From: an uncultured Chloroflexia bacterium
Lineage (GTDB): Bacteria; Chloroflexota; Limnocylindria; Limnocylindrales; CSP1-4
Reading direction: 5' to 3'
Assembly (NCBI GenBank): GCA_963752475.1
Contig: CAVVYR010000032.1
Location: 15,972 to 79,971 of the forward strand
Length of the DNA: 64,000 bases
Both the position numbers and the translations under genes were made by a program. The notes beneath the pieces were generated by a model. The model was not told the DNA's origin. It saw only the letters and a list, made by a program, of their open reading frames with translations, and made no database searches. Positions 40,884-51,338 of the stretch are shown in pieces. Every line of letters begins with the position of its first letter. The first letter of the stretch is position 1.

Positions 40884-41858
40884 ATGCAGTACCGCACGTT
40901 CGGCCGCACGGGCTGGCAGGTGAGTGAGATCGGGTTCGGGGCGTGGCAGCTCGGCGGCCAGTGGGGCGAGGTCGACGACGACGCCTCCGTGGCCGCGCTC
41001 CTGCACGCCTACGAGCTGGGTGTCAACTTCGTCGACACCGCGCAGATGTATGGCACGGGCCACAGCGAGGAGGTCGTCGGGCGCTCGCTGCGCGAATGGC
41101 GTGGGGGCAAGATCTACGTCGCCACCAAGATCCAGCCTCTCAAGTGGCCCGACCCCGACGACCCCGACCCGGACATGCGAGGTCGCTACCCCGGATGGCA
41201 TCTGCGCGAGGGCACCGAGGCCGCGCTCAGCCGTCTCGGCCTCGAGCGGATCGACCTCATGCAGCTCCATTGCTGGCTCGAAGACGGGCTCACCTCGCTG
41301 GACTGGCTGGAGGTCCTCGACGACCTCCGGAACGAAGGCAAGATCGACCACATCGGTGTGTCCATCCGCGACTACAAGCCGCACGAGGGGGTCCGGCTGG
41401 CCCGCTACGGGCTCGTGGATTCGCAGCAGGTCATCTACAACATCTTCGAGCAGCGGGCCCAGGAGGAACTCTTCCCGGCCGGCGAGACGACCGGGACGGC
41501 GATGATCGCGCGGGTCCCGCTCGATTCCGGTGCGCTGTCGGGCGCATGGACGCCCGAAACCTACGCGAGCTGGCAGCCAGGCAGCCAGCAGCATTCGATG
41601 TTCCGCGGCGAGCGGTTCGGCGAGACGCTGGCCCGGGTCGAGGCCCTCAAGGCGGTCTGCGCTCCGTACTACCCGACGCTCGCCGAGGCCGCCACCCGCT
41701 TCGCCCTGAGCGAGCCTGGCGTCTCGACCATCATCCCCGGCATGCGCTCGCGTGGACGCGTGGACGAGAACGTCGCGTACAGCGACGGCCAGCCCTTCCC
41801 GGCCGAGCTGAAGGCCGCACTCGGAGCGCACGGATGGATCCGCGACTACTACCGATGA
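40884..41858 (+). CDS. Aldo/keto reductase
   Basis: Motifs SEIGFGAW, DTAQMYG.GHSE, ATK, QLH and YNIFEQ. Confidence 0.92.
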   Translation: MQYRTFGRTGWQVSEIGFGAWQLGGQWGEVDDDASVAALLHAYELGVNFVDTAQMYGTGHSEEVVGRSLREWRGGKIYVATKIQPLKWPDPDDPDPDMRGRYPGWHLREGTEAALSRLGLERIDLMQLHCWLEDGLTSLDWLEVLDDLRNEGKIDHIGVSIRDYKPHEGVRLARYGLVDSQQVIYNIFEQRAQEELFPAGETTGTAMIARVPLDSGALSGAWTPETYASWQPGSQQHSMFRGERFGETLARVEALKAVCAPYYPTLAEAATRFALSEPGVSTIIPGMRSRGRVDENVAYSDGQPFPAELKAALGAHGWIRDYYR

Positions 41859-42595
41859 ACGACCCGCGTCCCGAGGACCTCGACCGGCATCGTCTCCAGC
41901 TCCTGCGCCCCCACGAGATCGCGGCGCGACTCGACGAGCGCTCCGTGGTGTTCCTGCCCATGGGCACGCTCGAGTGGCACTCGCGACACCTGCCGGTCGG
42001 CCTTGACGCCCTCAACGCCGAGGGCGTCTGCCTGCGTGCGGCCGCTACGCGCGGCGGGATCGTCTACCCCACCCTCTACTACGGCACCGGGGGCTCGCAT
42101 CGGTCATTCCCGTGGTCGATGATGATGCCGTCGGGCACAGAGATCGAGGCACTCCTGGCGTACTCGCTCGAGCGCCTCGACGAGATGGGTGTCGAGCTGG
42201 CGGTCATGTTCACCGGCCACTTCGCTCCCGAGCAGGTGGCAGTCGTCACGCAGGCAGCCGAGCGGTGGAACGGTCGGGACCGCCGGATGCGCGCCCTTGG
42301 CCTGTCGGTGGATGGCGCGACCGGCCTCGCCATCGCACCCGACCACGCTGGCCGTTTCGAGACGACCCTGCTGCACGCCCACCGTCCGGAGGTCGTGAGC
42401 CCGGAGCTCATCCCGGAGCAGCCAGACGACGAGGCGGGTGAGGATCCGTGGGGCCAGCAGCGATACGACCCCACACACTCGCTCTGGGGTGTGGTCGGCC
42501 CCGACCCGCGCGACTTCGATCCCGCGGACGCCCCGGCGCTATTGGACGGCTGTGTTCGGTGGGTCCTGGCCCAGATCGACGAGGCGGCGAGGTAG
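41855..42595 (+). CDS. Creatininase family amidohydrolase
   Basis: Motifs P.GTLEWHSRHLPVGLD, TGH and DHAGRFET. ATGA coupling to the upstream gene. Confidence 0.85.
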   Translation: MNDPRPEDLDRHRLQLLRPHEIAARLDERSVVFLPMGTLEWHSRHLPVGLDALNAEGVCLRAAATRGGIVYPTLYYGTGGSHRSFPWSMMMPSGTEIEALLAYSLERLDEMGVELAVMFTGHFAPEQVAVVTQAAERWNGRDRRMRALGLSVDGATGLAIAPDHAGRFETTLLHAHRPEVVSPELIPEQPDDEAGEDPWGQQRYDPTHSLWGVVGPDPRDFDPADAPALLDGCVRWVLAQIDEAAR

Positions 42596-42603
42596 TCGCT
42601 CGA

Positions 42604-43473
42604 TCAGATGCGGAAGAAGCGCTCGGCGTTGCCGCTGAACATGGCCGCCTGCTCGGCCTGGCTGAGGTCGGCGATGATGGCCGCATAGGCGTCGATGACG
42701 TCGGGGTAGGACGAGAACAGCCGGTCGACCGGCCAGTTGGTGCCGAAGATCGTGCGCTCGACCCCGAACGACTCGATCGCATGGAGCACCAGCGGGCGCA
42801 TCGAGTCGACCGTCCAGTGAGGGTCACCCATGCCCAGGGCCGAGATCTTGACGATGACGTTGGGCGCTTCCGCGAGGGACGTCATCCCGGCGCGCCAGAA
42901 GGCCAGGTAGTCGTCGTCCCGACGTAGCGGGAACCCGGCGTGGTCGAGCGAGATGGTGGTGTCGGGGAAGGCCAGCGCGAGGTCCTTGATCTGGGCCAGC
43001 GTCTCCGGCCGTGGATCGACGCAGTAGACGAGGTCGTGCTCGCGCAAGGAGGCGAAGCCGCGTCGCCACGCGGGGTCGACGAGGTACTCGCCCTCGCCGA
43101 AGTCGCGTACGCCGCGCATGTTGGGGAAGTCGAGGTGCCGGGCGATGACATCGTTCGCATCAGGTTGCGCGAGGTGCACCTCGGCCACGATGCCGTGCGG
43201 ATGACCCAGCCGGTCGGCGAAGGCCTGCAACCAGCGCGTCTCCTCGACGGGATCCGGGGTGCCCACGGCGCACTCGACGTGGATCGACTTGACCACGTTG
43301 CTGAAGCGTGACTCGGCGATCCAGTCATCGGCCCAGTAGCGCTGCGCCTGGATCGGCTCCACGGCCTCGAGGATGTGGTGCTTGACGCCCGGCCGTAGCC
43401 AACCGTATTCGAGCGTGGGGTGCTGCAGATCGTAGAAGTGGAGGTGCGTGTCGATGAACGGGATCGCGGCCAC
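42604..43473 (-). CDS. Amidohydrolase_2 family sugar lactonase (L-fucono/rhamnono-lactonase-like)
   Basis: Motifs DTHLHF, LDHAG, KISA, FGTNWPV and GNAERFF. GAGGAG RBS before GTG 43473. Confidence 0.82.
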   Translation of the reverse strand: MAAIPFIDTHLHFYDLQHPTLEYGWLRPGVKHHILEAVEPIQAQRYWADDWIAESRFSNVVKSIHVECAVGTPDPVEETRWLQAFADRLGHPHGIVAEVHLAQPDANDVIARHLDFPNMRGVRDFGEGEYLVDPAWRRGFASLREHDLVYCVDPRPETLAQIKDLALAFPDTTISLDHAGFPLRRDDDYLAFWRAGMTSLAEAPNVIVKISALGMGDPHWTVDSMRPLVLHAIESFGVERTIFGTNWPVDRLFSSYPDVIDAYAAIIADLSQAEQAAMFSGNAERFFRI

Positions 43474-43594
43474 GATCCTCCTCGGCTGCGGACGTGTCAC
43501 CCATCGTAGTCCGCCGATGCAGAGGGCTGCTGGGCCCGCTAGGGCGGGTCATTCGGCCACTTGCGTTTCCTATCGAACGGTTACTATCTGGTTC

Positions 43595-45202
43595 ATGTCC
43601 GAAACGGAGGAAGAGGGCGTGAGGACGCCTGAAGGACTGAGGGACGACGCGGCTGAGGCCAGCCCTGTGTCGGATCCGGCTGCCCTCGCGCCGGTGATCG
43701 AGATGCGCGACGTCTCCAAGCGCTACGGCGAGATCCAGGCCCTCGATGACGTCTCGCTCGAGCTCTACCCCGGCGAGATCCACGCCCTCCTGGGCGAGAA
43801 CGGCGCGGGCAAGTCCACGCTCATCAAGGTCATGACCGGCGTGGTCCAGCCGGACATCGGCGACATCCTCATCGATGGTGAGAAGGTCCACATCGGCAGC
43901 GCCTTCGACGCGCAGACGTACGCCGTCGCGGCCATCTACCAGGAGCCCATGATCTTCCCGGACCTGACGGTGGCGGAGAACATCTTCATCGGCCATCGCG
44001 ATCGCGGCCGTATCGTCAACAAGGGCAAGATGCGCGATGAAGCCGCGGCCGTGCTCGCCCGCCTGGACGTCCACCTCGATGTGCAGGCCCCGGCCTCGAC
44101 GCTGACGCTGGCGCAACAGCAGACGGTGGAGATCGCCAAGGCGCTCTCGCTCAACACGCGCGTGCTCATCATGGACGAGCCCACCGCCTCGCTCTCGGCG
44201 CACGAGGTCGCACAGCTCTTCGTCATCATCGGGCGGCTCAAGGCTGAAGGCGTGGCCATCCTCTTCATCTCCCACCGCCTTGAAGAGGTCTTCGAGCAGG
44301 CCGACCGCATCACGGTCATGCGTGACGGCGCCTGGATCTCCACCACGCTGCGCGCGGACATGACCATCGACGAGGCCATCCGCCAGATGGTCGGCCGCGA
44401 GGTCGTGGAGTTCTACACACGCACCCAGTCGAACCCCGGCGAGGTCATCCTGCAGGTCGAGGACCTGGGCGTGGAGGGCGCGTTCGAGGGCGTCAACTTC
44501 GAGTTGCGCAAGGGCGAGGTGCTGGGCTTCGCCGGCCTTGTCGGAGCGCGGCGCACAGACGTCGGCCTGGCGCTCTTCGGCATCCATCCCGCCGATACCG
44601 GGCGCATCCTGCTCGACGGCCAGGAAGTGCACATCAAGAGTTCCAAGGACGCGCTGGACCTGGGTATCGCCTACACCACCGAGGACCGGCGCGGGCACGG
44701 GCTCATCTTCAACCAGTCCATCGCGGCCAACATCACGCTGCCCTCGCTCGACCGCTATCTCAACAAGCTGCGCCTCATCCGCACACAGCTGGAGCGAGCG
44801 ACGGCGCTGGACTTCCGCGAGCGCCTGTCGATCCGTGCCCCCGGCGTGGATACGCCCGCGTCGTCGCTCTCGGGCGGCAACCAGCAGAAGGTCGTGCTCA
44901 GCAAGTGGCTCGACACCAAGCCTCGCATCCTCATCCTCGATGAGCCCACGCGCGGCATCGACGTGGGCGCCAAGGTGGAGGTCCACCATCTCGTCGACGA
45001 GCTGGTCAGGGAAGGCATCGCCATCATCCTCATCAGCTCGGACCTGCCTGAGCTGCTGCCCATGAGCGACCGCATCCTGGTCATGCGTGAAGGCCGCCAG
45101 ATGGACCTCATCGATGGTGCTGACGCGACATCGGAGCAGGTGCTCACCCTGGCCATGGGCCAGGCCGAGACGGTGCCCGCTGACGAAGGGGCCGGGGCAT
45201 GA
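43595..45202 (+). CDS. Monosaccharide ABC transporter ATP-binding protein (RhaT-like)
   Basis: Motifs [14 protein letters not shown] and LSGGNQQK. Confidence 0.95.
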   Translation: MSETEEEGVRTPEGLRDDAAEASPVSDPAALAPVIEMRDVSKRYGEIQALDDVSLELYPGEIHALLGENGAGKSTLIKVMTGVVQPDIGDILIDGEKVHIGSAFDAQTYAVAAIYQEPMIFPDLTVAENIFIGHRDRGRIVNKGKMRDEAAAVLARLDVHLDVQAPASTLTLAQQQTVEIAKALSLNTRVLIMDEPTASLSAHEVAQLFVIIGRLKAEGVAILFISHRLEEVFEQADRITVMRDGAWISTTLRADMTIDEAIRQMVGREVVEFYTRTQSNPGEVILQVEDLGVEGAFEGVNFELRKGEVLGFAGLVGARRTDVGLALFGIHPADTGRILLDGQEVHIKSSKDALDLGIAYTTEDRRGHGLIFNQSIAANITLPSLDRYLNKLRLIRTQLERATALDFRERLSIRAPGVDTPASSLSGGNQQKVVLSKWLDTKPRILILDEPTRGIDVGAKVEVHHLVDELVREGIAIILISSDLPELLPMSDRILVMREGRQMDLIDGADATSEQVLTLAMGQAETVPADEGAGA

Positions 45203-46266
45203 TCGACTCCGTGCTGCGGCGACTGCGCCCGAGCCAGGTGCGTGAGGTCATCACGCTCCTGATCATCGTCGGCATCGTCATCTTCTTCTCGACCCAGATC
45301 GACAACTACCTGACCGGCCGGACGTTCAACCGCGTCACCACCGAGTTCCCCATCATCGCGGTCGTGGCCGTGGGCCAGCTGCTGGTGGTGCTGACACGCA
45401 ACCTCGACCTGTCGGTCGGCTCACAGGTGGCCCTCGTGGCCTGGTCCACCGGCTTCATCGCCACCGAGTTCAACGGCATCAACCCCGTCGTGCTCGTGGT
45501 CCTGGGCATGGGCATGGGCGTGATCATGGGCGGCATCAACGGCCTCATCGTGGCCTTCGGCCGCGTGCCGGCCATCATCACCACGCTGGCCACTCTGGCC
45601 ATCTATCGCTCGTTCCTCATCACCATGGCCAGCGCGCAGACGATCGAGACGCGCGGCCTGCCCGGCTGGATCGTCAGCTTCCCGGGCACCACCCTGTTCG
45701 AGTTCGGCAAGGCCGACGTCCGACTCATCTTCCTTGTCGCGCTCATCGTGGTGGCGGTGGTGCAGCTGATGCTCACATTCCTGCCCTACGGTCGTCGGCT
45801 CTACGCCATCGGCTCCAACCCTGGTGCGGCCAGCATGGTCGGTCTACCCAAGCAGCGCGATGTGTTCCTGGCCTACCTCGGTTGTGGCGCGCTCGCAGGT
45901 CTGGGTGGCTTCCTCCAGATGGCCAAGTTCGGGACCATCACCGTGGACTCCGCACGCGGCCTGGAGATGGCCGTCATCGCAGCGGTCGTCGTGGGCGGAG
46001 CGAACATCTTCGGTGGATCAGGTTCTGCCATCGGTGTGATGCTGGGCGCGATCCTCATCGCCGTACTCGACCTCTCGCTGGCCCGCTGGATCGGGATCAG
46101 CGACTTCACCCGTGACTTCCTGCTGGGCATGCTCATCCTGCTGGCAGTCGCCGGCGACGTGGTCATCAACAAGCGCCTGCAGAAGGTCTGGATGCGAGCC
46201 CGCCGCCGGGACGAGGCCAGAGCCGGCCCTTCCGCCGGCGCCCAGGCGGGAGGCCCCGATGGATAG
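45199..46266 (+). CDS. Monosaccharide ABC permease (RhaP-like)
   Basis: Motifs [15 protein letters not shown] and GGANIFGG.G. Confidence 0.92.
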   Translation: MIDSVLRRLRPSQVREVITLLIIVGIVIFFSTQIDNYLTGRTFNRVTTEFPIIAVVAVGQLLVVLTRNLDLSVGSQVALVAWSTGFIATEFNGINPVVLVVLGMGMGVIMGGINGLIVAFGRVPAIITTLATLAIYRSFLITMASAQTIETRGLPGWIVSFPGTTLFEFGKADVRLIFLVALIVVAVVQLMLTFLPYGRRLYAIGSNPGAASMVGLPKQRDVFLAYLGCGALAGLGGFLQMAKFGTITVDSARGLEMAVIAAVVVGGANIFGGSGSAIGVMLGAILIAVLDLSLARWIGISDFTRDFLLGMLILLAVAGDVVINKRLQKVWMRARRRDEARAGPSAGAQAGGPDG

Positions 46267-47359
46267 CGCCCCGACCATGGTCCAGCGGATCACGTCCCGC
46301 CTACGCTCATGGGAAGGCCTGTTGCTGGCCATCCTCATCCTCGTGATCGCACTGAACACGTTCCTGGCACCCAACTACCTCTTCGGCGACCTGGGCAGCC
46401 AGAACCAGGTCAACCTGTGGTGGATCAGCATCGAGAAAGCCATCGTCGTGCTGGCCATGGCCTTCGTCATCATCAATGGCGAGATCGACCTCTCGGTGGC
46501 CTCGGTCATGGGTCTGTCGGCGGTCGTGGTGGCCGTGCTCTGGGAACAGGGCGTGGGCATCGAGATCGGCATCCTCGTGGCCCTGCTGGTAGGCCTGGCC
46601 GTGGGCCTCTTCAATGGCTTCTGGGTGGCGGTCGTGGGCCTGCCCTCGCTGGTGGTGACGCTGGCCGGCTTGATCGGCATCCGCGGCCTGGCCTTCATGC
46701 TCATCGAGGGCCGGTCCATCGGCAACCAGGAAACGGCCTTCCCCACCTGGTTCGAGGACATGGGCCAGCAGCCGGTGAGCGAGCTCATCGGGGTGCTCGA
46801 CGCGATCCCGGTCATCGATCGCGTGCCCTTCGCGATGTTCGCCTACTTCGGCCTGCTCATCCTGGCCGGGATCGTATTGGGCAAGTCCGGGTTCGGCCGG
46901 CGCACGTACGTCATCGGCAGCAACAAGGACGTGGCTCAGTACTCGGGCGTGAATGTGCGACGACACAAGTTCCTGATCATGATGATCAGCGCGGTGACGG
47001 CCGCCCTCGCGGGTGTGCTCCTGGCCTCGCACCTGGGCGCGGTGCGTGGCAGCACGGCCTTCGGCTGGGAGTTGGACATCATCACCATCGTGCTGCTGGG
47101 CGGGGTCAGTATCTTCGGTGGCTCCGGCACCATGCTCGGCGTCTTCCTCTCCACCATGCTCGTGCTCAACATCCGCAACGGCCTTGGCCTCAACAACGTG
47201 CCCGGCCACACCCAGACCGGCGTCGTGGGCGCCTTGCTCATCCTCTCGGTGCTGCTACCCAACATGATCGAGTCCTACCAGGGCTGGGCCCGTCGCCGCT
47301 CGCTTGCCCGCGCTGCCCGTGCTTCCCGCGCTTCGCCGGACCGTGGCGAGCAGACATGA
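46259..47359 (+). CDS. Monosaccharide ABC permease (RhaQ-like)
   Basis: Motifs RSWEGLL, GEIDLSVAS and WELDIITIVLLGGVSIFGG. Confidence 0.92.
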   Translation: MDSAPTMVQRITSRLRSWEGLLLAILILVIALNTFLAPNYLFGDLGSQNQVNLWWISIEKAIVVLAMAFVIINGEIDLSVASVMGLSAVVVAVLWEQGVGIEIGILVALLVGLAVGLFNGFWVAVVGLPSLVVTLAGLIGIRGLAFMLIEGRSIGNQETAFPTWFEDMGQQPVSELIGVLDAIPVIDRVPFAMFAYFGLLILAGIVLGKSGFGRRTYVIGSNKDVAQYSGVNVRRHKFLIMMISAVTAALAGVLLASHLGAVRGSTAFGWELDIITIVLLGGVSIFGGSGTMLGVFLSTMLVLNIRNGLGLNNVPGHTQTGVVGALLILSVLLPNMIESYQGWARRRSLARAARASRASPDRGEQT

Positions 47360-47466
47360 TGTAGCCGATCGGACAGCGGACTGGCGCTGGCCTACCCAGC
47401 GCCGTAGGATGGCCCTAGAAGTCGGGCACTAGCCCGAGGGGAAACCAACTTCAGGAGGAGGACTTC

Positions 47467-48528
47467 ATGCGCAGAACCATTGCTGTCGCGGCCGCAGCCG
47501 CCCTGACCGTCTCGGCGTTCGCCGCTCCGGTCACCGCGCAGGATGCGGTCATGGCAGAACCTGGCGAAGACGTCAACATGCTCTTGCTGCCCAAGTTCCT
47601 GGGCATCATCGTGTTCGACCAGGCCAACGAGGGTGCACAGGAAGCCGCCACCGAGCTGGGCATTCCGACCGCTCCCACCTTCACCGGCCCAACGGCCGAG
47701 AACAGCGTCGCGGGCCAGATCGAGCAGGTCACCAACGCCCCCACCCAGGGCTTCGACGTGGTCATGCTCTCGAACAACGCTGGCGACCAGATCGCTCCGG
47801 TGGCTGCCGCGGCCCAGGAAGCCGGCACCAAGATCGTGACCTGGGACTCGCCCATCCCGTCCGCCGAGGGCGAGGACGTCTTCGTCGCCCAGGTCGACTT
47901 CAACGACATGGGCAAGACCATGGCCGACATGTCCCTCTCGCTGGTGGGCGAGGACGGCGGCCAGGTCGGTATCCTCTCGGCATCGCCTGACGCGGCCAAC
48001 CAGAACGCCTGGATCGCGGCCTACGAGGACGCTATCGCAGCCGATCCGGACACCTACGGCGGCATCGAGAACGTCGAGACCGTCTACGGCAACGACAAGT
48101 CCGAGGACAGCTACAACGCTGCCATCGCGCTCGTCGACAAGTATCCGGACCTCGAAGTCATCATGGCTCCCACGACCGTCGGCATCGCCGCGGCCGCCAA
48201 GGCCATGCAGGACGAGGGCCTCTGCGAGGACGTCGCCGTCTCCGGTCTGGGCCTGCCCAGCGAGATGGTCGACTTCACCATGAACGGCTGCGCGCCCGAG
48301 TTCGCGCTGTGGTCATTCGTGGACCTCGGCTACCTGAGCACGTACGTGAGCTACCTGCTCGCGACCGGCGCCCTCGAGGGTGTCGAAGGCGAGACCTTCA
48401 ACGCCGGGCGCATGGGTGACTTCACCATCGAGAAGGACCCGACCCGACCGGACGTGGATGCTCTCCGCGTCCTCATGGGCCCCTTCACGATCTACACGCC
48501 TGAGAACGTCGAGGCAGCCGCCGGCTGA
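47467..48528 (+). CDS. Rhamnose-type ABC substrate-binding protein (RhaS-like)
   Basis: Signal peptide, [27 protein letters not shown] and LWSFVDLGY. Confidence 0.88.
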   Translation: MRRTIAVAAAAALTVSAFAAPVTAQDAVMAEPGEDVNMLLLPKFLGIIVFDQANEGAQEAATELGIPTAPTFTGPTAENSVAGQIEQVTNAPTQGFDVVMLSNNAGDQIAPVAAAAQEAGTKIVTWDSPIPSAEGEDVFVAQVDFNDMGKTMADMSLSLVGEDGGQVGILSASPDAANQNAWIAAYEDAIAADPDTYGGIENVETVYGNDKSEDSYNAAIALVDKYPDLEVIMAPTTVGIAAAAKAMQDEGLCEDVAVSGLGLPSEMVDFTMNGCAPEFALWSFVDLGYLSTYVSYLLATGALEGVEGETFNAGRMGDFTIEKDPTRPDVDALRVLMGPFTIYTPENVEAAAG

Positions 48529-48540
48529 CCCCGCACATCC

Positions 48541-48581
48541 GACGACCCCGGTCCGCAGCAGCGGGCCGGGGTCGTTCTTTG
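48541..48581 (+). terminator. Rho-independent terminator between convergent genes
   Basis: ACGACCCCGGTCCGC-AGCA-GCGGGCCGGGGTCGT followed by TCTTT. Confidence 0.75.
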
Positions 48582-48641
48582 ATTCCCGGGACCTTGAGCC
48601 CCGAGCGTCGGGTAGCCCTGGTACCCGAGCGTCCGGCGGCG

Positions 48642-49739
48642 CTAGTAGACGCCGTGCGTCTTGACGGCCTCGATCATGGCCTCGACGTTCTCCAGCGGCG
48701 TGTCGGCCTGGAGGATGTGCGCCGGCGCGACCATGTAGCCGCCGCCGGGGCCAAGGGCCTCGATCTTGGCCTTGACGTCCGCCTCGATCTCCTCCGGTGT
48801 TCCGTTCGGGAGCAGCTGCTGCTGGTCGATGGCCCCCCAGAACGAGAGCTCGGAGCCGAACTGCTCCTTGAGCTCGTGCGGTTCGTGGCCGGGGACGTTG
48901 GGCTGCACCGGATTGAAGACATCCAGGCCGATCTCGATGAGGTCCGGCAGGATCGGCGCGATGGCGCCGTCGCAGTGGTACATGACCATGACGTCGGGGT
49001 TGACCGAGCGGAACTCCGAGAAGACCTCCGCCATACGCGGCTTGAAGATACGTCGCCACATGTCCGGCGAGACCATCATGCCGTTCTGGGCCCCGAAGTC
49101 GTCTCCGGTCCAGATGCCATCCACCCCGAGCTCCACGAGCTGCTTGCCGATATCGATGCTCCAGCGCATGGTGCGATCGATGAGGGCCTCGATGTAGTCC
49201 TCGCCCATGGCCATGTCGGTCATGAACTTCTGCAGCCCGGTCATGTGCCAGGCCATCTCGAACATCGTCAGCTCGACGTCGCCGATGATGAAGTAGTCGC
49301 CCTTGTACTGCGCGATGTAGCGCTTGGCGTCCTCGAAGCGGGCGCTGTCGAACGGGTCCGGGAAGGGCAGGTCACGGACCTCCTGAGCTGTCGTGCACGA
49401 CTCGAGCGGGCCCTTGACCACGTCGTACCAGGCGATGCCCATCTTCATCTTCATGCCGAACTCGTTGACGATGCAGCCGTCATCGGTCTGCTCGGGTTCG
49501 TATCCAGCGGGCACGCCGCCTCCGACGAGGACGCAGTCGCTGCCCATGGCCACGCGGATCTCATTGCCGGACGTGCGGTACTTCAGGTCCTCGTAGTAGT
49601 TCGGCTGCCAGCCGATGGGGATATCAAGCTTGTCGCTGAACGCTTCGAGCAGCGGCCGCGACAGGTCGAACTCGACCGGCACACGGTCGGGTTGGCCGTC
49701 GCGGCCCAACGCCCGCTGCACCCGTTCTCGAGAGTTCAC
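48642..49739 (-). CDS. Uroporphyrinogen decarboxylase / MtaA-CmuA methyltransferase family protein
   Basis: N-terminal NSRERV..A....PDRVP, GDDFG.Q, HCDG, NPVQP, FWGAID.Q and H.LQ.DTP.EN. Start GTG 49739 after AGGAAGGAG. Confidence 0.85.
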   Translation of the reverse strand: MNSRERVQRALGRDGQPDRVPVEFDLSRPLLEAFSDKLDIPIGWQPNYYEDLKYRTSGNEIRVAMGSDCVLVGGGVPAGYEPEQTDDGCIVNEFGMKMKMGIAWYDVVKGPLESCTTAQEVRDLPFPDPFDSARFEDAKRYIAQYKGDYFIIGDVELTMFEMAWHMTGLQKFMTDMAMGEDYIEALIDRTMRWSIDIGKQLVELGVDGIWTGDDFGAQNGMMVSPDMWRRIFKPRMAEVFSEFRSVNPDVMVMYHCDGAIAPILPDLIEIGLDVFNPVQPNVPGHEPHELKEQFGSELSFWGAIDQQQLLPNGTPEEIEADVKAKIEALGPGGGYMVAPAHILQADTPLENVEAMIEAVKTHGVY

Positions 49740-49882
49740 GCTGACTTCGCTCCTTCCTGATGCTGGCCTTCTGCCCACCCTAGACGTCGGTGGTGCTGAG
49801 GCATCCTGCCAGCCAGCCCGATAGCAGCATCCGGAAGGACCCATAGCCGCCGGCAACGGGTGTCTTCGAGCGCGCCGTGCTG

Positions 49883-51262
49883 CTAGCCGCTGGTGGCCGA
49901 ACCGCTGGTCACAGGCTTGACCGGGACCATGTTCCAATCGGCGCGTCGGATGACGACGGTCGTCCCCAGCGCGATGACCGCGAGCACGATGGCTCCGCCC
50001 AACATCGCCTCGCGCACACCGACGAGATCGGCCACCAAGCCGGCCAGGAAAGCGCCGATGAGGCTGGCCGCCTGGAAGGACATGACCCAGACGCCGATGA
50101 CACGCCCCCTCAGATCGTCTGGGGTGGCGCCATGGACGGAGACGAGCGCGTTCTGTCCGAGCGAGATCTGCGCTGCACCCAGGCCGAAGGCCAGGATGAA
50201 CACGATCGTCGTCGAGCGGGTGACGGCCACGAGCGCGACCAGTGTCGCGATGGAGAACATGGCCACGATGAGCCAGTTGCGCCGATCGCCGCGCGCGAAG
50301 GTCGTGACCACCAGCGCGGCCGCGAAGGCCCCGGCGCCCGAGGCCCCCAGGAACGCACCGTAGCCGTCCGCGCCGAGACCCAACTCTTCGGTGGCATAGA
50401 GCGGGGCGAGCGTGGTGAACGTGGCCATGCCGAACGTGGCAGCGGTGAAGATCGAGACCAGCGAGAGCCGCACCACCGGGTTGTGCATGACGAAGCCGAT
50501 ACCCTCGCGCAGGTCACCCAGGACCGAACCCATGCGGTCGGTCCGACCTCGACCAGGCCTGCGATAGCGGTCCATCCATACGAACGACACCGCCACCAGC
50601 GCCGAGGCCACGCCGGAGACGAGGAACGGCGAGGCCGAGCCGAAGCCGGCGATGAGCGTCCCGGCCACGACGGGACCGAGCAGGCGCGTCAGGTTCCAGG
50701 CCGTGGCGTGCAGTGACGTCGCGCTCGACAGATCGGTTCGCGGGATGAGCTCGGTCATGAACGACTGTCGGATCGGCACCTCGACCGCGATGAGCAGGCC
50801 GAAGCCGAACGAGAAGGCCATCAGCAGCGGCAGCGACTGCCCGCCCGCGAGCACCAGCCCGAAGAGCATCAGCGAGAGGAACGTGGCGAAGACCTGTGAG
50901 GCGATCATCGCGTTGCGTCGGTTGACGCGATCCGCCAGCACGCCACCCATGGGTCCGACGAAGAGCGTGGGCACGTAGAAGAAGCCGGTCACGAGGCCCA
51001 CTTCCGCCGGGGTCGCACCGAGCTCCACCGCCAGCCACGGGATGGCCACCAGCGGCATCCACATCGAGGCGCCACGGAAGAGCATGCCCACGAAGTAGAT
51101 GCGGAAGCCGGCGTGCTTGAGCGCACGGTATCCGTGGAGGCGGCCGCGTGGGGCGGGGCCCGGTGGCGGTGAGGCTGGCGAGCTATCGCCCTGCGGCTGC
51201 TCCGCTGACCGGGTCGCGTCCGTCGGCGCCGGTTCGGCTGGAGTGGCGGGCGTGGTCGTCAT
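49883..51262 (-). CDS. MFS transporter (H+ antiporter-3 / DUF894-like)
   Basis: FRIYF.G, GGVLADR..RR, P.RQS and LRGRV with 12 TM segments. Confidence 0.88.
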   Translation of the reverse strand: MTTTPATPAEPAPTDATRSAEQPQGDSSPASPPPGPAPRGRLHGYRALKHAGFRIYFVGMLFRGASMWMPLVAIPWLAVELGATPAEVGLVTGFFYVPTLFVGPMGGVLADRVNRRNAMIASQVFATFLSLMLFGLVLAGGQSLPLLMAFSFGFGLLIAVEVPIRQSFMTELIPRTDLSSATSLHATAWNLTRLLGPVVAGTLIAGFGSASPFLVSGVASALVAVSFVWMDRYRRPGRGRTDRMGSVLGDLREGIGFVMHNPVVRLSLVSIFTAATFGMATFTTLAPLYATEELGLGADGYGAFLGASGAGAFAAALVVTTFARGDRRNWLIVAMFSIATLVALVAVTRSTTIVFILAFGLGAAQISLGQNALVSVHGATPDDLRGRVIGVWVMSFQAASLIGAFLAGLVADLVGVREAMLGGAIVLAVIALGTTVVIRRADWNMVPVKPVTSGSATSG

Positions 51263-51338
51263 CGAGTGTCTCCACTCTACGCCCGGAGCTGCGTTCGGTC
51301 ATCGGGCCGAGCGGCCCCGCGGCAGGGGCCATCGGTGG

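Noticed and set aside
39441-41831. Long antisense or alternate-frame ORFs (796 aa here; also 3847-5463, 16012-17877, 20833-22698, 55261-56739 and others)
   Set aside because: These are shadow ORFs opposite well-supported genes, expected in high-GC DNA with few off-frame stops, and have no recognisable motifs.
41855-42595. Mycofactocin or RiPP locus (MftE-like peptidase plus P450)
   Set aside because: No radical SAM enzyme, precursor peptide or MftB-like chaperone is visible nearby.
48642-49739. hemE (true uroporphyrinogen decarboxylase)
   Set aside because: It lacks the N-terminal RQAGR motif and matches the broader MtaA/CmuA-like subfamily.
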